Source of the DNA: Bacteroidales bacterium | GTDB taxonomy: Bacteria; Bacteroidota; Bacteroidia; Bacteroidales; JBDKHP01 | Length of the DNA stretch: 64,000 bases | Assembly: GCA_965230435.1 (NCBI GenBank) | Contig: CBDDLB010000006.1 | Span: 1,928,270 to 1,992,269 of the forward strand | Direction: 5' to 3' | In this document: in pieces, positions 1-11,013 of the stretch | Position numbering within the stretch: the stretch's first letter is position 1 | Layout: every line of letters starts with the position of its first letter | Position numbers and translations under genes: made by a program | Notes under the pieces: generated by a model | Seen by the model: only the letters and a program-made list of their open reading frames with translations | The model's database searches: none | What the model was told of the DNA's origin: nothing

Positions 1-161
1 TCATTTGATCTTCTGACGAATTGATATAATTTCACAGGACATTTAAAATAACAATGCCCGTATAGGTGTTCATTCACACCAAACTGCAAAATACGGAGGT
101 GTTATATATAGAATGCCCTACCCAAAGCACAAAATCGACAAACAAACTAAATACTCGAACA

Positions 162-1322
162 ATGAATAATTTTGCATTTCACAACCCAACCAAAATACTA
201 TTTGGTAAGGGACAAATTGCTCAGCTTGCTAAAGAAATCCCAGCAAATGCTAACATTCTCCTACTTTATGGAGGTGGCAGCATCAAGAAAAACGGTGTTT
301 ACGATGCCGTTCGCGAAGCTACCGCAGATTTCAACGTAATAGAAATGGGCGGCATCCCATCAAATCCAGAATACGAGGTACTAATAAAAGCCCTTCCACT
401 AATCCGCGAGCACAACATCAATTTTCTACTTGCAGTAGGTGGAGGTTCTGTAATTGATGGAACAAAATTTATTGCTGCCGCAGCTAAATACGAAGGGGAC
501 GAGCCATGGGAACTGATAAAAAATCCGGGTTCAATTAAAGATGCAATGCCGTTTGGTTCTGTATTGACACTTCCTGCAACAGGCTCAGAAATGAACTCAG
601 GTTCTGTAATCACCCGTCGCGAGTTACAAGCAAAACTACCTTTTTCTTCTCCAAAGACATTCCCTCAATTCTCGGTGCTAGACCCTGAAGTTGTGCAGAG
701 TATACCACCAGTACAAATCGCGAATGGTCTAGCAGATGCTTTTACACATGTACTTGAACAATACGCCACTTATCCAATAAATGCGCATATACAAGACCGT
801 TTTGCAGAAAGCATCCTCAAAACACTTATTGACATCGCCCCGGCAATTCAGGCCGATCCTTCCGACTACGAAGCAGCAGCTAACTTCATGTGGGCATGCA
901 CAATGGCCTTGAATGGACTAATTAGCAAAGGAGTAACAGAAGATTGGGCAGTACACATGATCGGACACGAGTTAACAGCATTGTTCAACATAGATCATGC
1001 ACGCACATTGGCAATTATCGCAGGCAACCATTACCGTCATAATTTCGAAGCTAAAAAAGCAAAACTTGCTCAGATGGCAGAACGCCTATGGAACGTAAAT
1101 TCTGGCACTATAGAAGAAAAAGCACAAGCTGCTATCGACAATATCGACGCTTTCTTCCATTCTTTGGATATTTCGACTAAGCTTTCGGATTACACAAAAG
1201 ACTACGAAGGAACAGCAGAAAAAATCGCAGAACGCTTTACAGAAAGAGGCTGGAGTGGCCTAGGCGAAAAAGGTAGTGTTACGCCTGAAAATGTTGCTGA
1301 GATTGTAAAGATGAGTTATTAA
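162..1322 (+). CDS. iron-containing (group III) alcohol dehydrogenase, YqhD/butanol-DH-like
   Basis: ORF 66..1322 carries Fe-ADH motifs AVGGGSVIDGTKF and GSEMNSGSVIT, plus His-rich metal-ligand segments AFTHVLEQY and WAVHMIGHELT. The ATG at 162 (MNNFAFHNPTKILFGKG) fits the family N-terminus better than the GTG at 66. Confidence 0.9.
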   Translation: MNNFAFHNPTKILFGKGQIAQLAKEIPANANILLLYGGGSIKKNGVYDAVREATADFNVIEMGGIPSNPEYEVLIKALPLIREHNINFLLAVGGGSVIDGTKFIAAAAKYEGDEPWELIKNPGSIKDAMPFGSVLTLPATGSEMNSGSVITRRELQAKLPFSSPKTFPQFSVLDPEVVQSIPPVQIANGLADAFTHVLEQYATYPINAHIQDRFAESILKTLIDIAPAIQADPSDYEAAANFMWACTMALNGLISKGVTEDWAVHMIGHELTALFNIDHARTLAIIAGNHYRHNFEAKKAKLAQMAERLWNVNSGTIEEKAQAAIDNIDAFFHSLDISTKLSDYTKDYEGTAEKIAERFTERGWSGLGEKGSVTPENVAEIVKMSY

Positions 1323-1340
1323 AATTTGGTCATTGGTTAT

Positions 1341-1374
1341 TAGTCATTGGTCATTTGTTTTTTGACCGATGACT
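1341..1374 (+). terminator. 13-bp hairpin just after the ADH stop (possible terminator)
   Basis: TAGTCATTGGTCA-tttgtttt-TGACCGATGACTA starts 19 nt after the stop at 1320-1322. There is no clean T-run after the stem, so this is weak. Confidence 0.3.
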
Positions 1375-2004
1375 ATGTTTCATCATATCTTCAGTCCCAG
1401 AAAAAGCATTAGAAATTTTATCATGAAAAACAAACCAAAAGATATCTAAGGCAACTTATGAGATTTAGAAATAAATATTCTATAACATAAGCAATTAAGT
1501 TCTATTCTTTTCTAAAGCCCGAATATCAAACTGCTTAACACTAGACTCAACTACTTTTGTTATAAAACACATATTCTCCTAACATAAGATATTGTATATG
1601 ATAATATTAAAAATTCTAGTACTTCTAATATTTTGGGCTGCCATGATCTGTATAATGTTTATTTTAGATTTCTTTGGTTTAATGAATTTTTTCAGCTCGT
1701 TAATACTAGTTATATTCTCAATAATTGTAACTATTTTAATTACAAAAGAAGAAAATAAAGCATAGCCCCCAACCATAGGTTAATGATCTGAAAGCGTAAA
1801 AAGATTGACATAGACATCAAACATAAATTATAAAATATTTACTAAGAGAGCAGAAAACAAGCAACAAATAGGCTCTAAAGTTTTAAACAAGAGAATATTT
1901 GGAACCGAATTAGGGCAAGAATAATTAAGCTACAAAGGGATGATTTGCTAACAACAATCATCCCTTCGACATTAAGATCCAAAAGAATATCGACTCTAAC
2001 AGAA

Positions 2005-3171
2005 CTATTTACGAATATTATAATCAGAATCAATCAAAAGCTGAGGCTGAGAAAGCTTAGCAATCTTACCCCAAGAAACCAACTTAAAGTTCTGAGGAGC
2101 AGCCTTATCACCCTCATAATTAAAGCCATCCTGAGCAATAAAAGCTCCATTCGGAAATTTATCACCCAAGCTCATGTTCAACACATCCAACCCATCAGTC
2201 TCTTCCGATCCATCAATTGTTTCACCTGTGCGCACCCCGAAATTGAATAGATATTTGTTGTTTCCATCGCGCTCAAACACTGCATATGTGTTGTTTCCTT
2301 GGCTCGATACCAACAGATATCCTTTACCATTAGCTGCATAATAAAGTGAAACGCCTTCAATATCGTAAGCTAAAGCTTTGTTTTTCTCTGGTGAGCTCAT
2401 CTCAATAAAAACCCTCTGCTCACCTGTATTAGGCTCGGCACCGTATTTCCAAACTCCTACTTCTTCTTCCCCAATGTACAAAAAGCCCATTTCATCATCG
2501 GCAACCATGCCCTCAGTTTGGGTTTTCACCTGAATAGTGCGTACCAGTTTAGCATCAATTTTTTGATTCCCATTGTCGCTAAGTTCGTACTGCTCTACAC
2601 GTCCGTTCTTCCCGTTCAGAATTGCATAAAATTTTCCTGTTTTATGGCTTTTGTACATGCAGAACCCATATACATCGTCTACTTTCGATTTTACAGGAGC
2701 TGCATTTGCTGCGCTCAGCTCTCCAGTTTTTGAATTCACTGTAAACAAATCCAGAGTTTGTGTTGTGCGGTTGGTTGTTCCCACAACATCAACTGTATCT
2801 TTCCCAATAACGAATCCATAACGCAAATCAACGTTATTTACATTACCCACAGGATAAAAATACATCTGCTTACCATCGAGTGAATACACTCCCAAGCCCT
2901 TTTTTTTGTTGGTTCCAATAATAGTGCTTTTGTTTCTATCCGTCGGGTGAATCCATATTGCCGGATCATCTGCCGCATCGTCTACAGTATCAGCATCAAC
3001 AGGTTGCGTCTGAACATCGGCATATACAATAGAATCTACCTGAGCAAAACTAACCGCAGTATCTTTCACGGTTTTAACCGAATCTACCTTATCTGTTTGC
3101 TGCCCACCCTTTGGCGCACAAGAATATAAAAGCCCTGATACTACAACTGCAATTTGAAAAAATCTGTTCAT
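2005..3171 (-). CDS. beta-propeller phytase (3-phytase), lipoprotein
   Basis: 388 aa with a lipoprotein-type signal (VVSGLLYSC). BPP-family hallmark segments are DDPAIWIHPTDRNKSTIIGTNKK and GMVADDEMGFLYIGEE. Confidence 0.85.
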   Translation of the reverse strand: MNRFFQIAVVVSGLLYSCAPKGGQQTDKVDSVKTVKDTAVSFAQVDSIVYADVQTQPVDADTVDDAADDPAIWIHPTDRNKSTIIGTNKKKGLGVYSLDGKQMYFYPVGNVNNVDLRYGFVIGKDTVDVVGTTNRTTQTLDLFTVNSKTGELSAANAAPVKSKVDDVYGFCMYKSHKTGKFYAILNGKNGRVEQYELSDNGNQKIDAKLVRTIQVKTQTEGMVADDEMGFLYIGEEEVGVWKYGAEPNTGEQRVFIEMSSPEKNKALAYDIEGVSLYYAANGKGYLLVSSQGNNTYAVFERDGNNKYLFNFGVRTGETIDGSEETDGLDVLNMSLGDKFPNGAFIAQDGFNYEGDKAAPQNFKLVSWGKIAKLSQPQLLIDSDYNIRK

Positions 3172-3408
3172 CGAATTTAGTTTGTTGTATTGTGTTAGTC
3201 ATTAATTCATTGTTATCTAAAGCATCCCTCGCACTTTCTAACATCCGTAATATTCCTTAGAGACCCAAGTTTTTGCATCTCTGCCGATATCATGAATATC
3301 ATATAGTGCAACACCTATCAGCTATTGACCAATGACTAACGTTATGTAAATCAAAAGCGGAAGTCCGAACCAGCCAGACTTCCGCAACAAGAAAAAATTA
3401 TTAGAATC

Positions 3409-6225
3409 CTAGAAGTTAAACTTAACACCCATTTTAGCTTTCAGGCCGTAATATTCTTCTTGCATTATACGATCAGTCTCACCCTGATAATAGCGAAGAG
3501 GCTGATTAGTTATATTTTTCACTGCACCATAAATGATGAAATACTTGTTCAGATACACATCAAAATTAAAGTCGAGGTGCTGCGATTTGTCGTAATAGCG
3601 ATCATAGAAAGTAGATTTACCTAAACCTTCTGACGGATCGATATAATCACTAGAGAAGTTGTATGAGATACGCGCAGACACATATTTGTGATTGTACGAA
3701 ATTGACGTATTCAATGTATGCTCTGCTGTTCCAGGTAGCTCAAGATCTTCGTCTTTTCTTTTTTCAAGTTTAAGATCGGCAGAAGAACCTGTGTAAGTAT
3801 AGTTGGCATATACTCCGAAACCCTTTAATACTCCAGGAAGAAAATCCAACTGACGCTGTATCGCTACTTCGAAGCCATATACTTTAGCATCGCCACCGTT
3901 GATTGCTTGAGTAACTTCGAAATCGTCTTGAATTGACTTGTATTCCTCTAAACCGCCAAACTGATCTACATCGTTGGTGTAATCAACAATAAAATCCTTT
4001 ACATCTTTATAAAAAACTCCTCCAGAAACAACACCTATGTTTTTGAAGAAGTGTTCGTACATCAAGTCAAAGTTCATAGAACTAGTGGCTTCAAGGTCGG
4101 AATTACCGATAGCAACTTCTTTGTCATCTTCAATAATATTGACATATGGTACAAGATCCTTGTATTTAGGACGCGCCAAGGTATTTGTCCATGCAAATCG
4201 TAAATTTGATGAAGGAGTAAACTTGTATGTAGCATGTACGCCAGGAAGTAAATTGGTATACGACTTTGTTTCGCGGCCTGTCTCCGTAAGCTCTTTTCCT
4301 TCTTCAATATCTTCATATACAAAACCCTGATATTCGTTAATAGTATGCTCTACACGCATACCTACTAACACGCTCAAATCAGAAGTAATACTTTGCTTCC
4401 ACATTGCATAACCAGCTGTTACTTGTTCCTTTGCTTCGTAATTCTCGGCAAGCACCTCTAAATCGGCTTTTTTCTCAAAAAGGTTACTACTTTCTAAATC
4501 GTAGTCAGCTACATATTCAGGTTTAATAAAAGAACCTGATTTGTAATCTCCGGCCATGTAGTCGTCTTTTGTCTCATCACGAAGGTTTTTCACTGCATCT
4601 GCAAGATATGCTTCTTCCCCTGCATCATCTTTAGCTTCGTACTCAAAGAAGTCGTTTTCTCGTTTTTTACTCTTGTCTTTAAAACGGAAACCAAGCTTGA
4701 TTGTATTTGCATAATCACCACGTTTTAAAGGAATCTCGAAGTTCAACCTTGCACTATGGTCTTTTTCGTCTGTATATTGATTCTCTTCTGAGATTTCTTT
4801 GATCGACCAGTCTCCAACTGTCGACGATAACTCATCTGTTCCTTCCCCAAGTACAACTTTTGGTTTATTCAGACTAGATAGGTCGTGCGAGAACATTAAT
4901 TTCTTATTACGCAAAGAAGCATAACGTTCATTTGGACGATCCTCAGAAGCCATTGCCCAAGAATAGCCCCAGTCCATTTTCATGAAATCAAATTCGTGAT
5001 CACCACCAAAATTAAGTGTCCGTACACGTTGATCTTCCAAGCGGGCATTTTTGTCGTTAGCCCCAGCTTTTGTCTGACGGCGCACCTGGTACTTCCATTC
5101 CGCATCATCACCATCCCATTCGTGTATATAACGCAATCTATAACGGTTTTCCCAATCGTTACGGTGGTTATACATCGCGCTTGCCTTAATTACATGTCCC
5201 TCTGCCAGCTTATAATCCAATGCCAGGGAGTAGCTCTGGCGAAGGCGCTGTAGCTCGTATTTACGAACATCCATTTCTTCTACATAAAGTTCACCCTCTT
5301 TATGAGTATCGTCAACTTCGTCGTCTTTAACTTTTCTCCAAACTGCCTCAAGGTTATCAGAACCCAAAATATTATTGTGAACCGATCCACTAATCACAAC
5401 ACCCAACTTGTTGTTGAACAAACGCTGAGCTACAACTACCGATCCTTGAGTCCGAGGCTTACCACGTAAGAAATTCCATCCCGTACCGAGAGAACCGCTC
5501 ACACGAAGGCCATACGGAGCAGAGCGCGTAACTAAGTTTACGGAACCTCCAATGGCATCAGCGTCCATATCTGGCGTAACGGCTTTGTTTACTTCAATGG
5601 CCTGAATCATTTCGGCAGGAATAAGATCCAATTGAACAGCACGCGCCTCGCTCTCCGCCGACGGAATGCGCTGACCATCTAAAGTAACAGAGTTAAGCTC
5701 AGGAGAAGTACCACGGATATGACCGAAGCGAGCCTCGCCCTGATCATATTCCACATTAATACCAGGGATACGTTTCAATGCATCTCCAACATTGTCGTCT
5801 GGGAATTTACCAACCTGATCGGCCGCAATCACGTTTGTGATGTTCACAGCATTTTTCTGCTGCATCAATGCTTTTGTCTGCCCTTGAAGCTGAGCTGTAA
5901 CGACAACTTCTTCTATTTCAACCCCAGCCTCTAACTTAAAATCGATCGAGGCTTTTTTTCCGGCTACAACTGTTACGTCTAATTCCTGACTTTTATAGCC
6001 AATATAACTTACAACAACCGTCTGCTCGCCAACAGGTACATTTCGTATGCTAAAGAAACCATTCAGGTCGGAAATAACACCGATCTCTGTTCCTTTTATA
6101 GAAATAGTAGCCGATGGTAATGCCAATTTTTGTGCATCGACAATACGTCCATGAACTGTTCCTGTTTGAGCAAATGATGCTATAGAAACAAGTAGAAATA
6201 CAATTCCAAGTAGATGTTTTTTCAT
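3409..6225 (-). CDS. TonB-dependent receptor with N-terminal carboxypeptidase-regulatory-like domain
   Basis: 938 aa. It has a signal peptide ending SFAQ, a CarbopepD_reg-like start (GTVHGRIVD), a plug region (NVGDALKRIPGINV...IRGTSPELNSVTLDGQRIPSAE), a long beta-barrel and a terminal aromatic residue (GVKFNF). Confidence 0.9.
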   Translation of the reverse strand: MKKHLLGIVFLLVSIASFAQTGTVHGRIVDAQKLALPSATISIKGTEIGVISDLNGFFSIRNVPVGEQTVVVSYIGYKSQELDVTVVAGKKASIDFKLEAGVEIEEVVVTAQLQGQTKALMQQKNAVNITNVIAADQVGKFPDDNVGDALKRIPGINVEYDQGEARFGHIRGTSPELNSVTLDGQRIPSAESEARAVQLDLIPAEMIQAIEVNKAVTPDMDADAIGGSVNLVTRSAPYGLRVSGSLGTGWNFLRGKPRTQGSVVVAQRLFNNKLGVVISGSVHNNILGSDNLEAVWRKVKDDEVDDTHKEGELYVEEMDVRKYELQRLRQSYSLALDYKLAEGHVIKASAMYNHRNDWENRYRLRYIHEWDGDDAEWKYQVRRQTKAGANDKNARLEDQRVRTLNFGGDHEFDFMKMDWGYSWAMASEDRPNERYASLRNKKLMFSHDLSSLNKPKVVLGEGTDELSSTVGDWSIKEISEENQYTDEKDHSARLNFEIPLKRGDYANTIKLGFRFKDKSKKRENDFFEYEAKDDAGEEAYLADAVKNLRDETKDDYMAGDYKSGSFIKPEYVADYDLESSNLFEKKADLEVLAENYEAKEQVTAGYAMWKQSITSDLSVLVGMRVEHTINEYQGFVYEDIEEGKELTETGRETKSYTNLLPGVHATYKFTPSSNLRFAWTNTLARPKYKDLVPYVNIIEDDKEVAIGNSDLEATSSMNFDLMYEHFFKNIGVVSGGVFYKDVKDFIVDYTNDVDQFGGLEEYKSIQDDFEVTQAINGGDAKVYGFEVAIQRQLDFLPGVLKGFGVYANYTYTGSSADLKLEKRKDEDLELPGTAEHTLNTSISYNHKYVSARISYNFSSDYIDPSEGLGKSTFYDRYYDKSQHLDFNFDVYLNKYFIIYGAVKNITNQPLRYYQGETDRIMQEEYYGLKAKMGVKFNF

Positions 6226-6896
6226 CTGTTTAATTTTTAAGAAACAGCCTCAGCCCCGACACTAAATTCTATTCAGCGACAAACGGGATCATGCGCGTTT
6301 CTTCTGTTCTTATGATTTCATTTGAGAGATGTCACGTACATACAAATCCTGCTTATTTCGTATAAAATAGGTTCAATCACAGAATCATATCATCGTTTCA
6401 CTTGAATGTTGCCCTTATGGATTGTGTCGCTCGTGAAAAATACTGTCGGACAGTTCCATTGATATAGGGGCTGATTCATTCTGCGGCAAAAATATCTTGG
6501 AATTGTATTGGTAAGGTTTACTTATACTTAAGTGTGTATTATGAATTAAAATTTTCCATATCCCTTTGTATTATCAAAAAATTCATCTAATAATCAGCAT
6601 TTTAGATAGAATTAAAATAGCTATAACAAAGTAATAAAAATTAACTGAACATTAATTTATCCTTAAAACCAGTACTTTTTGCTTTTTGAATGTGAAGTAT
6701 CATCATATTTTTTCGCCAAATGCTCAATAACAATTGACCAAACTTTATCTGATTTATGGAAGAGATCAACAGGAGAATAAACACAGAGTAATTAATGAAG
6801 TTGCTGATTTTTTTATAAAAAAGAGTGAAAATTTGTTTTACAAAACTGCTCAGGTAAGATCAAATTCGCATCAGATCTAAAGAAGAAGCAAAATAC

Positions 6897-7322
6897 TTAT
6901 TTTAGATTAATCTGTAATTTCACCTCCTTACCATCTTTCACAACAAAAGCAACCTCTTCAAAATCAGGAGGGCCAAATTTTCCATATTTATTATTCGAAA
7001 AGCCATATTTTTCGGTAGGTGCCCCGAAAAGGTTTTTATCCATCGTTTTATCATTATCAACATCGTGCCAGACAGCTATTGCATAAGTTCCCGTAGGAAT
7101 GTCTGAAAATTTGTGCGTAACACCTGTACTATTTGCAGCAGAAAAAGCACCTTTATAATTTTCCCCATATGTTGGAAACGCATCCTTGCTATTATATAAG
7201 CCTATCTGAACGCTCCCTTTACTTACTTCAATTCCAGAAATTTCAACTACAATAGTTCCTGTTTGAGCAAACGCAGGCATAGTTAAGATCAAGAACATAA
7301 TGCTAAGAACTATGTTTTTCAT
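6897..7322 (-). CDS. DUF2141 domain protein, secreted
   Basis: Signal peptide MKNIVLSIMFLILTMPAFAQ, taken from the internal ATG at 7322. DUF2141-like segments are SVQIGLYNSKDAFP and AVWHDVDNDKTMDKNLFGAPTEKYGFSNN. Confidence 0.7.
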   Translation of the reverse strand: MKNIVLSIMFLILTMPAFAQTGTIVVEISGIEVSKGSVQIGLYNSKDAFPTYGENYKGAFSAANSTGVTHKFSDIPTGTYAIAVWHDVDNDKTMDKNLFGAPTEKYGFSNNKYGKFGPPDFEEVAFVVKDGKEVKLQINLK

Positions 7323-7496
7323 TGGTCGACAAGTTATTGATTTACAGAACAAAGATCACTTACATAAATTAGGTATGCAACCTTATTGGAGAATGTTTAA
7401 AACTTGAACTGTTGTCGAACCAAAATACAAAAACATTACAACAATGAAACAACATTATTGCACAAATTATTTGCTCTAAATTAGTATTGTCTCATA

Positions 7497-8009
7497 TTAT
7501 TCAAAACAAAATTGCTGTAACTGAGACGATGTCATTGCCCCAGCATGTCTTCTAAATTCTTTTCCATCCTTTATTAAAACCAATTGCGGCAAACCTCTTA
7601 CCCCAAAATCTTCCATAATTTTTTTGTTAGAATCGGCATTTACTTTTGTTACGCACACCGCTTTATTATTTTTGGCAAATTCTTTTAAAACAGAATTCAT
7701 CATCAGACAAGGGCCACACCAATCTGTCCAGAAATCCACTAAAATCACTTTCTTCCCTTTTAAGATAAAATCTATGTTATTATCATTTAAATCGATGATT
7801 TCAGACTTTTTCTTTCGTTTGGATATAAGCTGAGTTAAAATTCTGAATGGGAAAGTAATTCCAGCAATTAAATTCGTAATAATAAATATTAGAAAAGCAA
7901 TTGCATATTTGGATGTAGATTCAAAACTCTTTTGCTTTCTGAAACTTTCCTCTGCTTTGTTTTGGTAGCTAATTATTCTCTCTCCTAAACTCATTTTAAT
8001 ACATTTCAT
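7497..8009 (-). CDS. membrane-anchored thioredoxin-domain protein
   Basis: One hydrophobic helix (YAIAFLIFIITNLIAGITFPF) is followed by a thioredoxin fold with a WCGPC active site (VDFWTDWCGPCLMM). Confidence 0.8.
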   Translation of the reverse strand: MKCIKMSLGERIISYQNKAEESFRKQKSFESTSKYAIAFLIFIITNLIAGITFPFRILTQLISKRKKKSEIIDLNDNNIDFILKGKKVILVDFWTDWCGPCLMMNSVLKEFAKNNKAVCVTKVNADSNKKIMEDFGVRGLPQLVLIKDGKEFRRHAGAMTSSQLQQFCFE

Positions 8010-8420
8010 TAAAATATACTAAAGGATGTAACAGTCAGGATAACGACAGGAATAACCTTGAACGAACCATATACCGCATATGGTTTAAGTCTAAAGGGCA
8101 CGGTTTAAGAACAGTATTGACTACAGTTATGTCTAAAAAAAGATATTGTTACTATAAAATGCACACTATTTTTCGCCAGTATCCTTCTTACATCAACAGC
8201 AACAAAACAATGAAATTAATTTAAAAGAAAAATTGCCTCAGGATAAGTCAACTTAGTACAATTAGAAAACAGCTAGACATAACCAATAAACCTGCACAAT
8301 TAATATTACAGTTGAGTAAAAGGGCTCTGTCTATTTAATTTTCAAACCCAGCTTCGAAGACTACCGATTCACAACAACCATAAGCTATAAGTATCATAGA
8401 ATCGAGATGATCTACTAATT

Positions 8421-9233
8421 TTACAATGCTTTAGTTGCCTTTTTCATAGTAGGTTCAAGTATTTTTACAAAGAAAATTGAGGCAATAGCCCCTCCAACTA
8501 TAGGAGCAAAAATGTAAACCCAAAAGAAACCACCCGAATTATCTGGAAAAGCAGCATCTCCCCAGCCAAATATCCAAGCAACCAAACGAGGTCCCAAATC
8601 ACGAGCTGGATTTAAACCTGCTTGCGTTAGAGGGCCAATGAGGCAAATTATGGAACTTACTGTTAAGCCTATGAACAACGGAGCAATAGCATTGTCTGGC
8701 CGTCCTACATTACAGCCTTCCGTAAGGGCAAAAATCAGTAGCAATAAAATAAAAGTACCAAAACACTCAGTTACCATTGCTACAGGCAATGAAACTACTG
8801 CAGAACCTGAAGGAATCGAATAATATTCACCAAACATTTTAGCAGTTTGTACCGATTCCTGCGTCCCTCTAACAATCCCATGAGCACTCTCATAAGTACT
8901 TATTGAAGCTCCAAAAAGCAAATAAAGCATTAGCCCTGCCAGAAAAGCACCAGCAAACTGTCCAACTATGTATGTTGGCAACATACGCACATTCATCCGT
9001 TTGCTTATCACCATTGCAATACTGACTGCCGGATTTAAGTGGGCATAAGAAATATGCCGGGTAAGATAAACTGCCAAAGTAACGGCTATTCCCCAAACCA
9101 AAGCTATCTGCAATAATCCTTGATGGGCGTTAAACAGAATAGAAACAGCAATAGAGCCACACCCGAACAATACAAGTAGAAAAGTACCCAGTGCTTCTCC
9201 TACCAGTTCCTTTTTATGTTTTATGCGAATCAT
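8421..9233 (-). CDS. MIP-family channel (aquaglyceroporin, GlpF-like)
   Basis: 270 aa polytopic protein with both NPA boxes (HLNPAVS and GLNPARD). Confidence 0.9.
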   Translation of the reverse strand: MIRIKHKKELVGEALGTFLLVLFGCGSIAVSILFNAHQGLLQIALVWGIAVTLAVYLTRHISYAHLNPAVSIAMVISKRMNVRMLPTYIVGQFAGAFLAGLMLYLLFGASISTYESAHGIVRGTQESVQTAKMFGEYYSIPSGSAVVSLPVAMVTECFGTFILLLLIFALTEGCNVGRPDNAIAPLFIGLTVSSIICLIGPLTQAGLNPARDLGPRLVAWIFGWGDAAFPDNSGGFFWVYIFAPIVGGAIASIFFVKILEPTMKKATKAL

Positions 9234-9433
9234 TTCTTTTGTAGTATTTTATTTTGGTTTTGTTGATAAATCATCTATCCCCTAGCGTGTTGGAAAGAAA
9301 ATGCAATGAATAAAGCACACAGCTTGCCCTTATGTCTTTACAAAACAAATATCCTTACAAAGATGAAAACTCCATAAAATAATCAAGTAAAAAAGTGCGC
9401 AAATAAATCAACCTGACAAAAACAATCTTTATA

Positions 9434-10252
9434 TCAATCAGAAGGACTTACAATGCCCGGTTTAAACAAAGCATAAGAATATGAATAGGGTTTATGGTTT
9501 TGTATCTTCTCCGCAAAACCCACAGCAAACTGAACCTCAATCCCCACATGTTCATACTTTTCATTAGGAAAGTTTGGTGGTAAACAAGGAACCCAATCCT
9601 TGGTGTTGACAAGTCTGTAGGTGTCAACTCCAAGACTTTCATAATAACGACAGAAAGCCTCGTCTCCCACTTTGGGACTCGCTTGAGTATAAACAGAAAT
9701 TGCATTGTTTGAAAAACCACAACCTAAAGCAAAGGGAACAGAAAGTATTGCCAATGCTCCACCCAAACTATGACCGCATATAATAAGTCTCTCAAATTCA
9801 ATAGACTTCAGATACACCTCCAAACCTTCGAAGCCTAAAAACACCTCAAGAAATCCTTGACTTACCTTGCCCCCGCCAGAATAAAGAACTTGCTTAATCC
9901 GTACATCTTTCATAACATCAGCAATCGTTCTTGAACCTCTGAAAACAAGATAGGCCGTTTTCTCTTTCACTACGGCAAAAGCAAAAGGTTCATATGCTTC
10001 AAAAAGCCCCAATGAAAAACGACTCCAAATCAACTTAGCTTCCGAAAAATCGAACTGTCCGAATAAATCCTGAGTATAAACGCACGTATCCCTAGGAACC
10101 CACCTGAAATCTGATTGAAACAAACGCTTGGCTTTTTTCCAATCAGATGCCATCTGACTAGCCACATTGATTAGGCAAGAGCAGTTACGTGCCACCTGCA
10201 AATAAGAAGGGAAAGGCGTTTGTGGCAAAATAAAAACCTTGAACATAAGCAC
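9434..10252 (-). CDS. class-3 lipase family protein
   Basis: Nucleophile-elbow motif GHSLGGALA sits in a Lipase_3-like context (YLVFRGSRTIADVMKD...ICGHSLGGALA). The start codon is uncertain; ATG 10153 is an alternative. Confidence 0.7.
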   Translation of the reverse strand: MLMFKVFILPQTPFPSYLQVARNCSCLINVASQMASDWKKAKRLFQSDFRWVPRDTCVYTQDLFGQFDFSEAKLIWSRFSLGLFEAYEPFAFAVVKEKTAYLVFRGSRTIADVMKDVRIKQVLYSGGGKVSQGFLEVFLGFEGLEVYLKSIEFERLIICGHSLGGALAILSVPFALGCGFSNNAISVYTQASPKVGDEAFCRYYESLGVDTYRLVNTKDWVPCLPPNFPNEKYEHVGIEVQFAVGFAEKIQNHKPYSYSYALFKPGIVSPSD

Positions 10253-10785
10253 CTAGAACTAGTTGTTGGAAGCAACAATATAGTTATCATTAGCCTTTAA
10301 CCCAACTTAAACTAGAGTGCTTTCTGTGGCAAACATGGAATTCAAATTATGAATTGGGAAAGGTTTAAAAACACCGATAATCAATTCTAAATTGGGATTA
10401 AATCGTTTTAAAAGCTACACCAAAAAAAAGACTTTGGGGTAAAAAACACGAATAAAAACATACTAATTTACTAATGAAATTGTGTATACAGAGTAGCTCG
10501 GAGAGAAGGGGAATATAATTTCTAAAGTTTTATTCCTGTCAATTCAAAATCGTATAAAACTAAGAATGAACAGAACCGTATGTACGAATAAAAATAACCT
10601 ATTCCAGTGTTGCAGCTTGCTCTTCAAACCCTTTCGTGTAAGAAATACAGCACAGATTAAGAACAAAATACACCTTTAAATAGGTTATTTCTTCTATCAC
10701 ATTTTGATTTCAATTTTCTGACCAAATAGCCCACACAAGACGTAAAATGAAATTCTAAAATCAAGATGCTTCTTTAAGGCATGTT

Positions 10786-10893
10786 AAAAAAAATAATTAG
10801 CCAAAGGCGCACAAGGCGGCTAAACCGGAGCGTACTTTTAGTACGTGAGGATTTGGCCGTCCGCAGTGGAACGAATGGATAGTTATTTTTTTT
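10786..10893. repeat. family-A imperfect-palindrome intergenic repeat, copy 1
   Basis: A-run...GGCGCACAAGGCGGCTAAACCGGAGCGTACttttAGTACGTGAGGATTTGGCCGTCCGCAGTG...T-run. It aligns with the copies at 11910, 44554 and 46916. Confidence 0.8.
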
Positions 10894-11013
10894 GATATGC
10901 CTAAAAAGGTAATCTCTAAAAACTCTGAACCATGCTTGACTCAACAAAAGTAAGTGTTTCAGAAAAATGATGAGTAAAGCAGGGGCTTCAACTTTTAGAA
11001 CTTGCCATATATT

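Noticed and set aside
66-161. N-terminal 32-codon extension of the alcohol dehydrogenase (GTG start at 66).
   Set aside because: The extension is low-complexity (T/K/N-rich). The family-typical N-terminus MNNFAFHNPTKILFG begins at ATG 162.
1579-1776. 65-aa hydrophobic ORF in the 680-nt gene-free AT-rich spacer 1323-2004.
   Set aside because: I recognise no motif or homology in it, and very AT-rich sequence easily yields such ORFs. A small membrane protein cannot be excluded, but nothing supports one.
6226-6896. Possible riboswitch (for example cobalamin) in the long leader of the TonB-dependent receptor.
   Set aside because: I could not find a B12 box (GCCACTG-type) or any other riboswitch core that I recognise. 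A loose AAGGGCAAC...GTGAAA string is not enough. cmscan would be needed, so I make no call.
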